Shown in pieces: positions 32,120-42,204 of a stretch of 64,000 nucleotides of DNA. Numbering within the stretch: the first letter of the stretch is position 1; each line of letters starts with the position of its first letter. The position numbers and the translations under genes were made by a program. The notes beneath the pieces are model-generated. The model ran no database searches. It was not told where the DNA came from and worked only from the letters and a program-made list of their open reading frames with translations. Origin of the DNA: an uncultured Deinococcaceae bacterium (GTDB taxonomy: Bacteria; Deinococcota; Deinococci; Deinococcales; Deinococcaceae); the NCBI GenBank assembly GCA_964252075.1, contig CAXULY010000007.1, positions 96,001 to 160,000 on the forward strand, read 5' to 3'.

Positions 32120-32526
32120 CGCGCCGCGCCGTCGTGCGCTGGGCGGTGGCCGCGCTGCTGCTCGCCCCGGCGGCGCTCGCGCACGACCTGGCGCGCGACC
32201 ACCGCGTGGGCGCCCTGATGCACCTCGCGCCGGACGACGACCCGAAGGCGGGTGAGGTGACCGAGGCGTTCTTCGCGCTGGGTGAACTGGGCGGCGCGCC
32301 CATCACGCTGGCGCAGTGCGCGTGCACGCTGGACGTGCTGCGCGGCAGTCCGGACGGCGCGGCACTCCCCGCCGCCCGCCTGCGCGACGACCACGGGCAC
32401 CTGAGCGCCCAGCTGACCTTCCCCACGCCCGGCGCGTACACCCTGCGCCTGCGCGGCGCGCCGCGGGCGGGCGCCACCTTCGCGCCCTTCACGCTCAGCT
32501 GGACGGTGCGCGCCGAGCCCCGCTGA
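32116..32526 (+). CDS. Secreted hypothetical protein (His at mature N-terminus, CxC motif)
   Basis: Signal peptide AALA-H; MHLAPDDDP, LAQCACTL, FPTPGAYTL. Confidence 0.75.
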   Translation: MTRRAVVRWAVAALLLAPAALAHDLARDHRVGALMHLAPDDDPKAGEVTEAFFALGELGGAPITLAQCACTLDVLRGSPDGAALPAARLRDDHGHLSAQLTFPTPGAYTLRLRGAPRAGATFAPFTLSWTVRAEPR

Positions 32527-32549
32527 CCTCAACCCACCGGGAGGACCCC

Positions 32550-33161
32550 ATGCCGTTTCGCGTGACATACACCGTTCAGCCCGCGCCACCCGGTCACGCC
32601 CTCACCCAGGAGCAACTCGCGGAGCGCGACGCGCGGTTCGCCCGCACGGCGGAACTGCAGCGGCGTGGGGTGCTGCAAGACGTCGTGCAGGACAGCGCGG
32701 ACCTGCAGGACACCCACCTGACGCTGCGCACGGGCGCGGGCGAGTGGTGTGGCACGCCCGACGCGCGCGGCGAACCTGAGCGCCTGGAGGGGCGCCCGCT
32801 GGGTTTCGGGTGGTCGGAGGCGGCGCTGTGCCGTCACCTGGGCCTCGACGTGTGCGGCGCCGAGCTGCGCGCGGTGGGCCTCACGGAGGTGCGGGCGGCG
32901 CTCACGCACGCCCGCCGGGGCCTGCTTTTCGCGTTCGCCGCCTCGGGCGGGGTGGGGGCCGTGACACTGCGCACGCGGCTGAACCTCACGGGCTTCTTCG
33001 ACCGCTTGGAGGTGGAGGCGCTGTGCGCGCGGCGCTTCGCGGGCTTCGACCTGCTGCGCCTGCACCGCCTCACGCCCACCGGGCAGGTGCGCGTGCTGCG
33101 CGCGGACCTGCGCGTCGCCCAGCCCAGCTGGACCGAGCGCTTCAACGACCGAGCACGCTGA
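32550..33161 (+). CDS. Hypothetical protein
   Basis: GGGAGG RBS; 203-aa ORF with host codon usage. Confidence 0.65.
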   Translation: MPFRVTYTVQPAPPGHALTQEQLAERDARFARTAELQRRGVLQDVVQDSADLQDTHLTLRTGAGEWCGTPDARGEPERLEGRPLGFGWSEAALCRHLGLDVCGAELRAVGLTEVRAALTHARRGLLFAFAASGGVGAVTLRTRLNLTGFFDRLEVEALCARRFAGFDLLRLHRLTPTGQVRVLRADLRVAQPSWTERFNDRAR

Positions 33162-33335
33162 GGGGCAAGGGCATCGCAGTCCATCTGCCGCATGAAGACC
33201 CCTTCACGCGGTCCTTAGCCCACCGTTGCTTTGGACCACCGGCCCTTCATGCGTCACAAGGCGACAGGCAGGCGCCGCACGCGACACTGGAAGCGTCCTA
33301 CCACAATTCGCCATCCACTGCCTATTGGAGACATC

Positions 33336-33554
33336 ATGAAATTACGCTGCACCTGGGTGCCCAACACCCTTGACCGTGTTCACGTCACGAATGATCAGCA
33401 CCGCACGGTGCTCAGCCTCAAGGACGTCATTGACCTGCTCGGCACCGCCGTCATGCACGACCTGTACCTGAAGGGACGCGCCGATGTGGAGCTCAGCGAG
33501 CCGCTCGCGTGGCCCCTTGTGCGCGCGCGGACGGCCCTGCCGATCGGCGCCTGA
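33336..33554 (+). CDS. Small hypothetical protein
   Basis: GGAG RBS; MKLRCTWVPNTLDRV...DLYLKGR. Confidence 0.65.
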   Translation: MKLRCTWVPNTLDRVHVTNDQHRTVLSLKDVIDLLGTAVMHDLYLKGRADVELSEPLAWPLVRARTALPIGA

Positions 33555-33664
33555 ACAGCGAACCTGCCTGAGAACGGCACGCGGCTGGCGTTCCTCCCTG
33601 CGGGAAGGAACGCGCGTGGCTCAAATTTCGGCTGAGGTTCACCGGGCACCTTTAGAATCTGTTC

Positions 33665-33901
33665 ATGCTACCTGAGTCCCTGAAGACCCGAGAAGACATT
33701 GTGGCTGCCATCGACGCCGCCCTGAACGCTGGACAGGATGAACTGGTGATCGAGGACTGGGACATCGAGCTGACCTCCTCCTGGCGGCGTTTCGACGTGC
33801 CGGACGGGTTCAGCCTGGTCTTTCGGAACAACCGCTTCCACGAGCCCATGCCGGAGCGGGACGTGACGCGGCCCTCCACGGGCGGGCACAGCCACGCCTG
33901 A
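33665..33901 (+). CDS. Small hypothetical protein
   Basis: TAGAAT -10 box 6 nt before ATG; 78-aa ORF. Confidence 0.6.
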   Translation: MLPESLKTREDIVAAIDAALNAGQDELVIEDWDIELTSSWRRFDVPDGFSLVFRNNRFHEPMPERDVTRPSTGGHSHA

Positions 33902-33927
33902 ACCCGCACGCGGGGCACAATGAGGGC

Positions 33928-34482
33928 GTGACGCCCGCTGATGACGTGACGGCGCCCGGTGAGGCGCCGTTGCTGCTGGACCGCCGCGTGCGCGACGTGT
34001 GGCGGCGCGAGCGGCGGGCGGTGCTGCGGCCCAGCGCGCGGCGCTACGCGGTGCCGTTCCTGATCAGCGTGGCGCTCGCGGCGGTGGGCTTGTGGCTGGC
34101 GCTGGGGGGCGGTCATGACGCCAGCGCGCGCCAGGTGGGGTGGCTGAACGTGGCGTTCTTCGGGCTGGGCGCGCTGGTGCTGGGCGCGCAGTTCCTGCCG
34201 GGCGTCTCCGGCCTCGTGCTGGACCCACAAGGCTTCACGCTGCGCACCCTCGGGCGCGCGCGGCGCTTCGCGTGGGCGGACGTCGAGGGCTTTCAGGTGG
34301 GGGTGGTGGGCGGTCAGGTGCTGGTGCTCTTCGACTGCCCCGGCGACCACGGACGCCTCGCGCGCGCGAACCGCGCGCTGTTCGGCGCGTCCCACGCGCT
34401 GCCGCACACCTTCGGGCTGCCGCCCACGGACCTCGCGGCGTTCATGGCGCTGCTGAGCGCCCACGCGCGCCCGCCCACCTAG
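33928..34482 (+). CDS. Membrane protein with two TM helices and a PH-like beta domain
   Basis: Two TMs followed by LVLDPQGF.......RFAWADV. Confidence 0.7.
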   Translation: MTPADDVTAPGEAPLLLDRRVRDVWRRERRAVLRPSARRYAVPFLISVALAAVGLWLALGGGHDASARQVGWLNVAFFGLGALVLGAQFLPGVSGLVLDPQGFTLRTLGRARRFAWADVEGFQVGVVGGQVLVLFDCPGDHGRLARANRALFGASHALPHTFGLPPTDLAAFMALLSAHARPPT

Positions 34483-35402
34483 CCCGCGCGGACGACCTCG
34501 CCGTCCTCGTACTCCAGTTCCACAAGCCCCGCGTGCTTGTGGTAGCTGAGGGCGCCGGGGTGCGCGCCCGTGAACACCCCGGAGGTGGGCGAGACGTCCT
34601 GGAAGTCGTTGCCGACCGTCACGAGGGCGTAGCCGAGGTGCGGCGTGCGGGCGTTCGTGGGGTCCAGCGGCAGGGCCGTGACGTGCTCGCCCGGTCCGGG
34701 CAGCAGCGCCTCCAGCCACGCGTGGCTGCTGCCCTCACCCGGCATGTGCCCGGAGACGTAGCGGGCGGGCAGCCCGGCGGCGCGGCACAGGGTGAGCGCG
34801 ATGTGCGCGTAGTCCTGGCACAGTCCGGCGCCCAGCCGGTACGCCTCGGCGGCGGTCGTGCCGACGTGCGTGACGCCGCCCGCGTACACCATGTGCGCCG
34901 AGACGTGATCGGAAATGCGCTGCGCGAGGTCCGCCGGGGTGCGCGCGTCGCGGCGCAGGCGCGCCGCGACGTCCAGCAGCAGGGCGTCCGGCGTGGTGAG
35001 GGCCGTCGGGAACTGGTGCACGCGCGCCTGCGCGGCGTTCAGGTGCAGGGCCGCGCGGCCCGCGGCGCGCTCCGTGAGGAGCGTGACCTCGAAGCTCGCC
35101 TCGCGCCGCACGCGCGCGCCCTCAATGAGGGTGACGGGGTTCCCGAAGCGGTCCTGCAGGTCGTGGCGGGCGAGGCCGCGCGGCGCGAGGCGCAGTGTGC
35201 GGCGCAGGAGGCGCTGGTCCGCCCAGTGCGGGGGCGGCGTGACCATCAGGCGGTGCGAGAGGTCTCGGATGGGGCTGGGGTAGGTGTACACGAAGCGCTG
35301 GTGCGCGTAGAAGCGCGCGCGGCGCACGGACGCCCACTCCACGCCGCGCCACGCCAGCAGCGGCGCGGGCGTCACGGCGGGGCGCGCTTCCGCGACGGTC
35401 AC
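34479..35402 (-). CDS. Transglutaminase-like family protein
   Basis: [25 protein letters not shown] (Cys-His-Asp triad). Confidence 0.9.
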   Translation of the reverse strand: MTVAEARPAVTPAPLLAWRGVEWASVRRARFYAHQRFVYTYPSPIRDLSHRLMVTPPPHWADQRLLRRTLRLAPRGLARHDLQDRFGNPVTLIEGARVRREASFEVTLLTERAAGRAALHLNAAQARVHQFPTALTTPDALLLDVAARLRRDARTPADLAQRISDHVSAHMVYAGGVTHVGTTAAEAYRLGAGLCQDYAHIALTLCRAAGLPARYVSGHMPGEGSSHAWLEALLPGPGEHVTALPLDPTNARTPHLGYALVTVGNDFQDVSPTSGVFTGAHPGALSYHKHAGLVELEYEDGEVVRAG

Positions 35403-36271
35403 CGGCCGGGCCACCCGGAGGGCAGGTCCGTGAGGGCCGCGCGGTCGGCCCACACGCGCATGCCGTGCAGCGGCGCGCTCCCGAAGGACGTGCAGAAGGC
35501 CACGTCCGCCGCGTCGCGGCCCACCGCGATGCGCACGCGGCCCGTGCGGGGCCTGTTGTGGCGCGCGTCGAAGGTGCGCCACGCGCCGCCCACCCAGGCC
35601 TCGAACCACGCGTGGAAGTCCATGGGGCGGTCGTCCGGCGCCACGCCGATGTCCGGCAGGTAGCCGCACACGTACCGCGCGGGGATGTTCAGCGCGCGGC
35701 AGAAGGCCACGCCGAGGTGCGCGAAGTCGCGGCACACCCCGATGCGCGCGGCGTAGGCCTGCTGCGCGGTGGTGCTGGGCGTGCTGCCCACGCCGTAACT
35801 GACGTGCGCGTGCAGGTGGTCGCTGATCGCCTGCACCTGCGCCCAGCCCCACGGCACCCCGCCGAAGCGGTCCCAGGCTTCCTGCGCCAGCAGGTCCGCG
35901 TCACCGTAGCGGCTGGGCAGCAGGAACTGCAGGGTGTGCGCGGGAAGCGCCTCGACGGGCGTGCCGGGCAGGTCGGGCAGCTGCGGGTCCGGGTCCGGGG
36001 AAACCTCGACCAGCAGGTCGTGCGCGACGGTGAGCGGTCCGGGCTGCGCGAGCAGGCGCCACACCACGTTCCCGAGGGTGTCGCGGTACGTGCTGAAGTC
36101 CGCCTGGGGCGGGGTGGGCTGCAGCGCGCGGCGGGCCGCGACGAGGCGCTGGTCAGGGGCGTCCTGCGGCTCCACCACGAACAGCATGGGGGTGGGCTGG
36201 GCGGGCTCGAAACGCAACTCGAAGCCCACCCGGACGCGCAGGGCAGGTCTGGCGGACTCGGGGCGCGTCAT
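35399..36271 (-). CDS. Transglutaminase-like family protein
   Basis: [29 protein letters not shown]. Confidence 0.9.
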   Translation of the reverse strand: MTRPESARPALRVRVGFELRFEPAQPTPMLFVVEPQDAPDQRLVAARRALQPTPPQADFSTYRDTLGNVVWRLLAQPGPLTVAHDLLVEVSPDPDPQLPDLPGTPVEALPAHTLQFLLPSRYGDADLLAQEAWDRFGGVPWGWAQVQAISDHLHAHVSYGVGSTPSTTAQQAYAARIGVCRDFAHLGVAFCRALNIPARYVCGYLPDIGVAPDDRPMDFHAWFEAWVGGAWRTFDARHNRPRTGRVRIAVGRDAADVAFCTSFGSAPLHGMRVWADRAALTDLPSGWPGR

Positions 36272-36391
36272 CCTGGGAGTGTAGAGCGCTGCGCGCGTGA
36301 CCGCGGCGAAGTTGTGCGGGCAACTGCACGCCCCCTTCACAATCTCGCGCGGCGCAGCTTCCGCGGCGCACCCCTCCCCTATCCTGGCGGC

Positions 36392-38422
36392 ATGAACCGC
36401 CTCGCGCACGAATCCAGCCCGTACCTGCTGCAGCACGCCGCGAACCCCGTGGACTGGTACCCGTGGGGTGAGGAGGCCTTCGGGCGCGCCCTCGCGGAGG
36501 ACAAGCCCATCCTGCTGAGCGTCGGGTACTCCACCTGCCACTGGTGTCACGTGATGGCGCACGAGAGCTTCGAGGACGAGCGCGTGGCCGCGTACATGAA
36601 CGCGCACTTCGTGAACGTGAAGCTGGACCGCGAGGAACGCCCGGACGTGGACGCCGTGTACATGGCGGCGGTGCAGGCCATGACGAGCGCGGGCGGCTGG
36701 CCCATGACGGTGTTCCTGATGCCGGACGGGCGGCCCTTCTACGCGGGCACGTACTTCCCGCCCACGGACCGCCAGGGCATGCCGGGCTTCGCGCGGGTGC
36801 TGCAGTCCGTGGCGGCGGCGTGGGCAGAGCGGCGTGACGACCTCAGGCAGAACGCGGACGCCCTCACGGAGCACGTCCAGGCCATCAGCGCGCCGCGCGG
36901 GAGCGCGCAGGACCTCCCGCCGGACCTTGCCACTCGTGGGCTGGAGGGCCTGCACCGCCTGTACGACCCGGTGCACGGTGGGTTCGGGAGCGCCCCGAAA
37001 TTCCCCGCGCCGACGCTGCTGGCGTACCTGCTGACGCAGCCGGAGGGGCGCGAGATGGCGCTCAGCACGCTGCGGTTCATGGCGCGCGGCGGCCTGCACG
37101 ACCAGCTGGGGGGCGGCTTTCACCGCTACAGCGTGGACGCCCGCTGGCTGGTGCCGCACTTCGAGAAGATGCTGTACGACAACGCGCAGCTCACGCGCGC
37201 GTACCTGTGGGCGTGGCAGGTGAGCGGCGACGGGGCCTTCCTGGCGGTCGCGCGCGACACGCTGGCGTACCTGGAGCGCGAGATGCGCGCCCCGGAGGGC
37301 GGCTTCTACAGCGCGCAGGACGCGGACCAGGAGGGCATCGAGGGGCAGTTCTTCGTGTGGACGCCCGGGGAGTTCCGGGACCTGCTGGGGGACGACGCGG
37401 CGCTCGCCGCGCGGCACTGGGGCGTGACGGACGCCGGGAACTTCATGGACCCGCACCACCCGGAGTTCGGGCGGCGCTCGGTGCTGAGCGTGGTGGAGGA
37501 CGAGGCGGGGCTCGCGGCGCACTTCGACCTGCCCGTGGAGGAGGTGCGCGCGCGGCTGGAGCGCGCGCGCGCCGTGCTGTTCGAGGCGCGCGAGGCCCGC
37601 CCGCGGCCCGGCCTGGACGACAAGGTGCTCACCTCCTGGAACGGACTGGCCCTCATGGCCTTCGCGGAGGCCGCGCGGCTGACGGGGGACGCGCACCTGC
37701 TGGAGGTCGCGCGGCAGAACGCGGACTTCATCCGCGCGCGCCTGCAGGACGGGCAGGGTGGGCTGCTGCACGTGTTCGGGGGCGGGCAGGCACGGGTCGC
37801 GGGGCTGCTGGAGGACCAGGCGATCTACGCGCTGGGCCTGATCGAGCTGTACCGCGCGGGCGGCGACCTGACGCACCTGCACTGGGCGCGGGACCTGTGG
37901 GCGGTGTCGCGCCGCGGGTACTTCGATGAGGCGAGCGGGGTGTTCCTCTCGACGGGCGCGGGCGCGGAGGCGCTGATCGCGCGGCGCGCGGAGGGCTTCG
38001 ACGCGGCGGTCATCAGCGACAACGCGGCGGCGGCGCTGCTGGGCGCGTGGATCGCGCGGTACTTCGATGACGCGGACGCCGAGGCGGTGGCGGCGCGCGT
38101 GGTGCGCGCGTACGCGCCGGACCTGCTGGCCGCGCCGAGCGGCTTCGGCGGCCTGTGGCAGGTGCACGCGCTGCTGCAGGCGCCCCGGGTGGAGGTGGCG
38201 GTGCTGGGCGCGCCGCAGCAGCGCGCGCCGTTCGAGCGGGCGCTCGCGGGGCGTTTCCTGCCGTTCGTGGCGCTCGCCCCGGCGGAGGGGCCGGGCGGCC
38301 TGCCGCTGCTGGAGGACCGGAGGGGCGAGGGCGTGGCCTTCGTGTGCCGGAACTTCGCGTGCGACCTGCCCGCGCGGGACGTGGGGACCTTCGAGGCGCA
38401 GCTCGCGGCGCTGGGGGACTGA
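36392..38422 (+). CDS. YyaL/SSP411-like thioredoxin-domain protein (DUF255)
   Basis: [67 protein letters not shown]. Confidence 0.95.
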   Translation: MNRLAHESSPYLLQHAANPVDWYPWGEEAFGRALAEDKPILLSVGYSTCHWCHVMAHESFEDERVAAYMNAHFVNVKLDREERPDVDAVYMAAVQAMTSAGGWPMTVFLMPDGRPFYAGTYFPPTDRQGMPGFARVLQSVAAAWAERRDDLRQNADALTEHVQAISAPRGSAQDLPPDLATRGLEGLHRLYDPVHGGFGSAPKFPAPTLLAYLLTQPEGREMALSTLRFMARGGLHDQLGGGFHRYSVDARWLVPHFEKMLYDNAQLTRAYLWAWQVSGDGAFLAVARDTLAYLEREMRAPEGGFYSAQDADQEGIEGQFFVWTPGEFRDLLGDDAALAARHWGVTDAGNFMDPHHPEFGRRSVLSVVEDEAGLAAHFDLPVEEVRARLERARAVLFEAREARPRPGLDDKVLTSWNGLALMAFAEAARLTGDAHLLEVARQNADFIRARLQDGQGGLLHVFGGGQARVAGLLEDQAIYALGLIELYRAGGDLTHLHWARDLWAVSRRGYFDEASGVFLSTGAGAEALIARRAEGFDAAVISDNAAAALLGAWIARYFDDADAEAVAARVVRAYAPDLLAAPSGFGGLWQVHALLQAPRVEVAVLGAPQQRAPFERALAGRFLPFVALAPAEGPGGLPLLEDRRGEGVAFVCRNFACDLPARDVGTFEAQLAALGD

Positions 38423-38431
38423 ACGCGGGCC

Positions 38432-38824
38432 TCAGGGCGCGGGGGGCGTGACCCACTGCACCAGCTGGTACACGAGGCCGTTGGGGTCCTGCATCTGAAA
38501 GTACCGCTCGCCCCACGGCTCCGTCTCGATGGGCGTCACGATGGGCACGCCTTCCGCCTGCAGGCGCGCGTACTCGGCGTCGATGTCATCCACGACGAGG
38601 GCGATGAGCAGGCCCTCGCCGGCGTCCCCGGCGCGGTGGGGCGGCTTAAAGGTGGGCAGGCCGGTGCGCAGGAAGATCAGGTTGAAGCCCACGTCGGGGC
38701 GCGTGAGGGAGGACACGCCGTCCACCGCCATCTCCTCGGTGAAGGCGAGGTGCGTGATGGCGAAGTGCGCGGATGCGGGCACGTCCTGGACATTCAGGGA
38801 GAGCGCGGAAGCGGTCACGTTCAT
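38432..38824 (-). CDS. VOC/glyoxalase family protein
   Basis: SLNVQDVPASAHF, VDDIDAEYARL, EPWGERYFQMQDPNG. Confidence 0.9.
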   Translation of the reverse strand: MNVTASALSLNVQDVPASAHFAITHLAFTEEMAVDGVSSLTRPDVGFNLIFLRTGLPTFKPPHRAGDAGEGLLIALVVDDIDAEYARLQAEGVPIVTPIETEPWGERYFQMQDPNGLVYQLVQWVTPPAP

Positions 38825-38859
38825 GGTCGTTCCTCCTGACAAGAACTGCGCGGCTTTCT

Positions 38860-38884
38860 CGTACAATGTACGGTACAGGGTACG
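38860..38884. promoter_or_regulatory. Tandem TetR-type operators
   Basis: CGTAC-AAT-GTACG and GGTAC-AGG-GTACG between the divergent VOC and TetR genes. Confidence 0.65.
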
Positions 38885-38908
38885 ACGCGGATAGAATGGC
38901 GTCAAGTC

Positions 38909-39685
38909 ATGCCTCGAGACCCGAACGCCGCCGACCCCGCACGCACGCTCGCGTTGCTGTGGCGGCAGTACACCCGCACGGGCCGCTCGGGCCTCACGCT
39001 CGACGGCATCGTAACGACCGCCATTCACCTCGCGGACGACGAGGGCCTCGAACAGCTCACCATGCGCCGCCTCGCGGAGCAGCTCACGGTCGGCACCATG
39101 ACGCTCTACACGCACGTGCCGGGCCGCGCGGAACTGCTTGCCCTGATGGTGGACCTCGCCTACGCCGACCTGTACCCCACCGGCGAGCCGCCACCCGCGC
39201 CTGCCTGGCGGGACGGCCTGCGCGCGGTCGCCGAACGCAACTGGGCGCTCCTGCTCCTGCACCCGTGGCTGCTGGACCTGAACCTCAGCCGCCCTTCCCT
39301 CGGTCCGCACGGCCTGTTGAAGTACGAGCGTGAACTCGCGCCGCTGGACGGCCTGGGCCTCGCGGACACCGAGATGGACGCCGTGCTGACCCTGCTGCTC
39401 ACGCACGTGGAGGGCTGCGCGCGGCTTCAGCAGCAGGTGCGCCGCAACCAGCAGGACAGCGGCCGGAGTGACGAGGAGTGGTGGGCGCAGAGCGCGCCGC
39501 TGCTTTCCCAGGTGTTCGACGCGCGGCGCTTCCCGCTGGCCGCCCGGGTCGGCACGGCGGCGGGCGAGGCGCACCAGGGACCCAGCAACCCACGCCACGC
39601 CTTCACCTTCGGGCTGGAGCGCATCCTGGACGGCGTTCAGGTGCTGCTCTCGGTGCGGCAGGACGCGGCCCCACCCTCGGACTGA
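38909..39685 (+). CDS. TetR/AcrR family regulator
   Basis: AIHLADDEGLEQLTMRRLAEQLTVGTMTLYTHV HTH; TetR_C-like C-terminus FTFGLERILDG. Confidence 0.93.
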   Translation: MPRDPNAADPARTLALLWRQYTRTGRSGLTLDGIVTTAIHLADDEGLEQLTMRRLAEQLTVGTMTLYTHVPGRAELLALMVDLAYADLYPTGEPPPAPAWRDGLRAVAERNWALLLLHPWLLDLNLSRPSLGPHGLLKYERELAPLDGLGLADTEMDAVLTLLLTHVEGCARLQQQVRRNQQDSGRSDEEWWAQSAPLLSQVFDARRFPLAARVGTAAGEAHQGPSNPRHAFTFGLERILDGVQVLLSVRQDAAPPSD

Positions 39686-39732
39686 AGGTGGGGCCACGTG
39701 GCGCACGCGGGTGGCGCAGGCCACCCGTGAAT

Positions 39733-40815
39733 TCAGTGCTTGGTGGCGTCGCCGGAGGGCGTGCCGGTGGCGGGGGTCGTCTTGGACTGCGCGCCCTGAC
39801 CGGACGCGCTCCCCGACGCGGCGGTGCCGCCCTGGGTCTGGTTGGCCTGCGCCTTGTCCTTCTGGGCGTCGGTGGCCTGCGCCTGCGGCTGCTCGCCCTC
39901 GGCGCGCTTGCCGGCGTCACTGGTGGACGACGGCGAGGCGTACGCGCTCGCGCCCTGACCGCCGCGCGGTGCGGCGGGAGCGGCCGCCGCGCCCGGCTCG
40001 TCGCGCTCCAGCCACACGCTCCCGATGATGTTGCGCACCTGACGCCCGCCGCTGTGCAGGGCGTCCGCCGCCTGCGGGCTCACGCTGCGCACGCCGTCCA
40101 GGATGCCCTGACGCACCCTCGGGTTGCGCGCCAGCAGGTAGGCGCCGACGCCCACGAGCGCCACCGTGAACAGCGTGGAGCCGCTGGAGCCACCCGAGCT
40201 GCGCCGGGCGCCCTTCTCGGTGATCTCCAACTGCGCCTCCAGCTTCGCGAGGCGCTTCATGGCCTTCGCGCTGGCTTTCGCGGCCTCGCGCATGGCGGCC
40301 TTCTCCAGCCTGCTGCGGCGCACCTTCAGTTCACTGCGCGTCTGTGCGGCCACCTTGCCTGCGCGCCGGACGCCCGCGGCGGCCTTGCCCGCCTGCTTCG
40401 CGCCCTGCGCGGCCTGCCTCGCCACGACGGACTGCGCGATGTTCCCCGCTTCCTTCGCGACGGTCTGCGCGCCGCTCACGGCCTGCTGCGCGACCACCTG
40501 CGCGCCCTCCAGGCCCGTGTGCAGGAGGCTGGCGCCGCCCTCTCGCAGCTGACCGAGGCGCTCTCCGCCGCCCTGCAGGGCGCTCTGCGCGACTTCCTGC
40601 ACGAGGCTCCCCGCTTCCTTCGCAAGGGGCGTGACGGTCTTCACGGTGTCCCCGTAGGTGTGCACCGCGACTTCCGCGGCGGTGCCGCTCACGTCCCGCA
40701 CCTGCTCGATGAGGCGGTCGCGCAGATCCTTGCGGGCGATGAGGGCGGTGATCAGGGCGGTCAGTGCGATGGACCCCAGCGGCGCGGACCGCTTTGTGGT
40801 GGCTGTGGTGGTCAT
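39733..40815 (-). CDS. Hypothetical Ala/Gln/Lys-rich membrane-anchored protein
   Basis: AAAGGAG RBS; amphipathic low-complexity repeats, two short hydrophobic segments. Confidence 0.7.
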   Translation of the reverse strand: MTTTATTKRSAPLGSIALTALITALIARKDLRDRLIEQVRDVSGTAAEVAVHTYGDTVKTVTPLAKEAGSLVQEVAQSALQGGGERLGQLREGGASLLHTGLEGAQVVAQQAVSGAQTVAKEAGNIAQSVVARQAAQGAKQAGKAAAGVRRAGKVAAQTRSELKVRRSRLEKAAMREAAKASAKAMKRLAKLEAQLEITEKGARRSSGGSSGSTLFTVALVGVGAYLLARNPRVRQGILDGVRSVSPQAADALHSGGRQVRNIIGSVWLERDEPGAAAAPAAPRGGQGASAYASPSSTSDAGKRAEGEQPQAQATDAQKDKAQANQTQGGTAASGSASGQGAQSKTTPATGTPSGDATKH

Positions 40816-40932
40816 GGTGCAGCTCCTTTCGCGCCGGGTGGCCCGGCGGGTTCGGCTCATTGTGGGTCGCGCGCTTCTGTGGCGGATGGGATGGGCGTAA
40901 GGGCGGCCTAAAGGAAGGGTGACCGCTGAGCT

Positions 40933-42189
40933 TCAGTTGCGGAAGATGACCTGCTCGCGCCCGAAGCTGCGCAGCGCCAGCCACGTCACGAGCGCCGTCG
41001 CGACGAGGTTCACGGCCACGGCGAGCGCCGCGCCCGGCGCGTTCAGCGCGCCCTTCACGAGGTCCAGGATGACCAGCATGGCGTTCACGAGCGGAATGGC
41101 GTACAGCGCCGTGCCGCGCGTCAGGAAGTCCGCGAACTGCAGCAGCACCGCGGGAATCACGATGAAGATGCTGATGGGCGCCACGTAGGTCTGCGCTTCC
41201 TTGTAGCTGCGCGCGAAGATCGCCACGGCGATCAGCACGCCGGAAATCAGGAGCGCCACGCTGAGCACCATGATGATCAGCACACCCAGGTCCGCCGGGC
41301 CGAGCGACAGGGTGCCGCCGAGCGCCTGCTGGACGTCCGCGCGGCCGCTCGCCCCGCCGCGCGTGAGGAGGCGCGAGAGCGGCCCGGCGAGCGCGAGGCC
41401 AATCACGCTGAAGGCCGACGTGAGGATCGCGAAGAGGGTGGTGGCGAGCAGCTTGCCCACCACGACCTCCACGCGCCGCACGGGGGACACCAGCAGCACC
41501 TCCAGCGTGCCGCGCTCCTTCTCACCGGCCGTGCTGTCGATGGCGGTCGCCATGGCGCCCGCCAGGATGAACTGCAGCATGAACATCGGGATGATGAACG
41601 CGAGCTGCCCGCCGCGCTTCTCGGCGGTGGTGCTGGCGTCCACGGTGTCCACCCGCACGGGTGTCAGGAACGCCGTGCTGAGCCCCAGGCGCGTGAGGCT
41701 TTTGCCGACCAGTTCGGTGTTGTAGGCGTTCAGGGTGCCCTGCACCTTGCTGGTGACGCCCGCGCTGGCCTTCAGGTTGCTGAGTTTGCTGTACAGCCGC
41801 ACGGTGGCCGTCTCGCGGCCCGCGGCGCTCGGCAGGGCGGCGGGCAGCACGAGGGCGGCCTCCACCCGGCCGGCCTGCACGGCGCCCAGGGCGTCCGTGA
41901 CGGGCACGAGGTCCATGCCCGCCTCCGTCACCTTGCCCTGCGCGTTCTTGGTGTCCTGCGTGAGGCGCGCGCGCAGCTCGGCGGGCATGCGGTCCAGGCC
42001 CACCACGCCCACCTGCTGGCGCTGCGTCTGCTGCCCGGTGAACAGCGACCCGAGCAGCAGCGGGAAGCCCACCGTGAAGAGCGGAATGAGGATCAGGGGA
42101 ATCAGGATGGTGCTGCGCAGGGTGCGGCGGTCCCGGAAGGTGGAGAGCAGTTCCTTGTACGCGACTTTCCAGACGTAATACGGGCGCAT
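40933..42189 (-). CDS. ABC-2 type permease (NatB-like)
   Basis: KELLSTFRDRRT, AGEKERGTLEVLL.SP, ARSYKEAQTY. Confidence 0.9.
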   Translation of the reverse strand: MRPYYVWKVAYKELLSTFRDRRTLRSTILIPLILIPLFTVGFPLLLGSLFTGQQTQRQQVGVVGLDRMPAELRARLTQDTKNAQGKVTEAGMDLVPVTDALGAVQAGRVEAALVLPAALPSAAGRETATVRLYSKLSNLKASAGVTSKVQGTLNAYNTELVGKSLTRLGLSTAFLTPVRVDTVDASTTAEKRGGQLAFIIPMFMLQFILAGAMATAIDSTAGEKERGTLEVLLVSPVRRVEVVVGKLLATTLFAILTSAFSVIGLALAGPLSRLLTRGGASGRADVQQALGGTLSLGPADLGVLIIMVLSVALLISGVLIAVAIFARSYKEAQTYVAPISIFIVIPAVLLQFADFLTRGTALYAIPLVNAMLVILDLVKGALNAPGAALAVAVNLVATALVTWLALRSFGREQVIFRN

Positions 42190-42204
42190 GGGGCTCCTTG
42201 AGGG

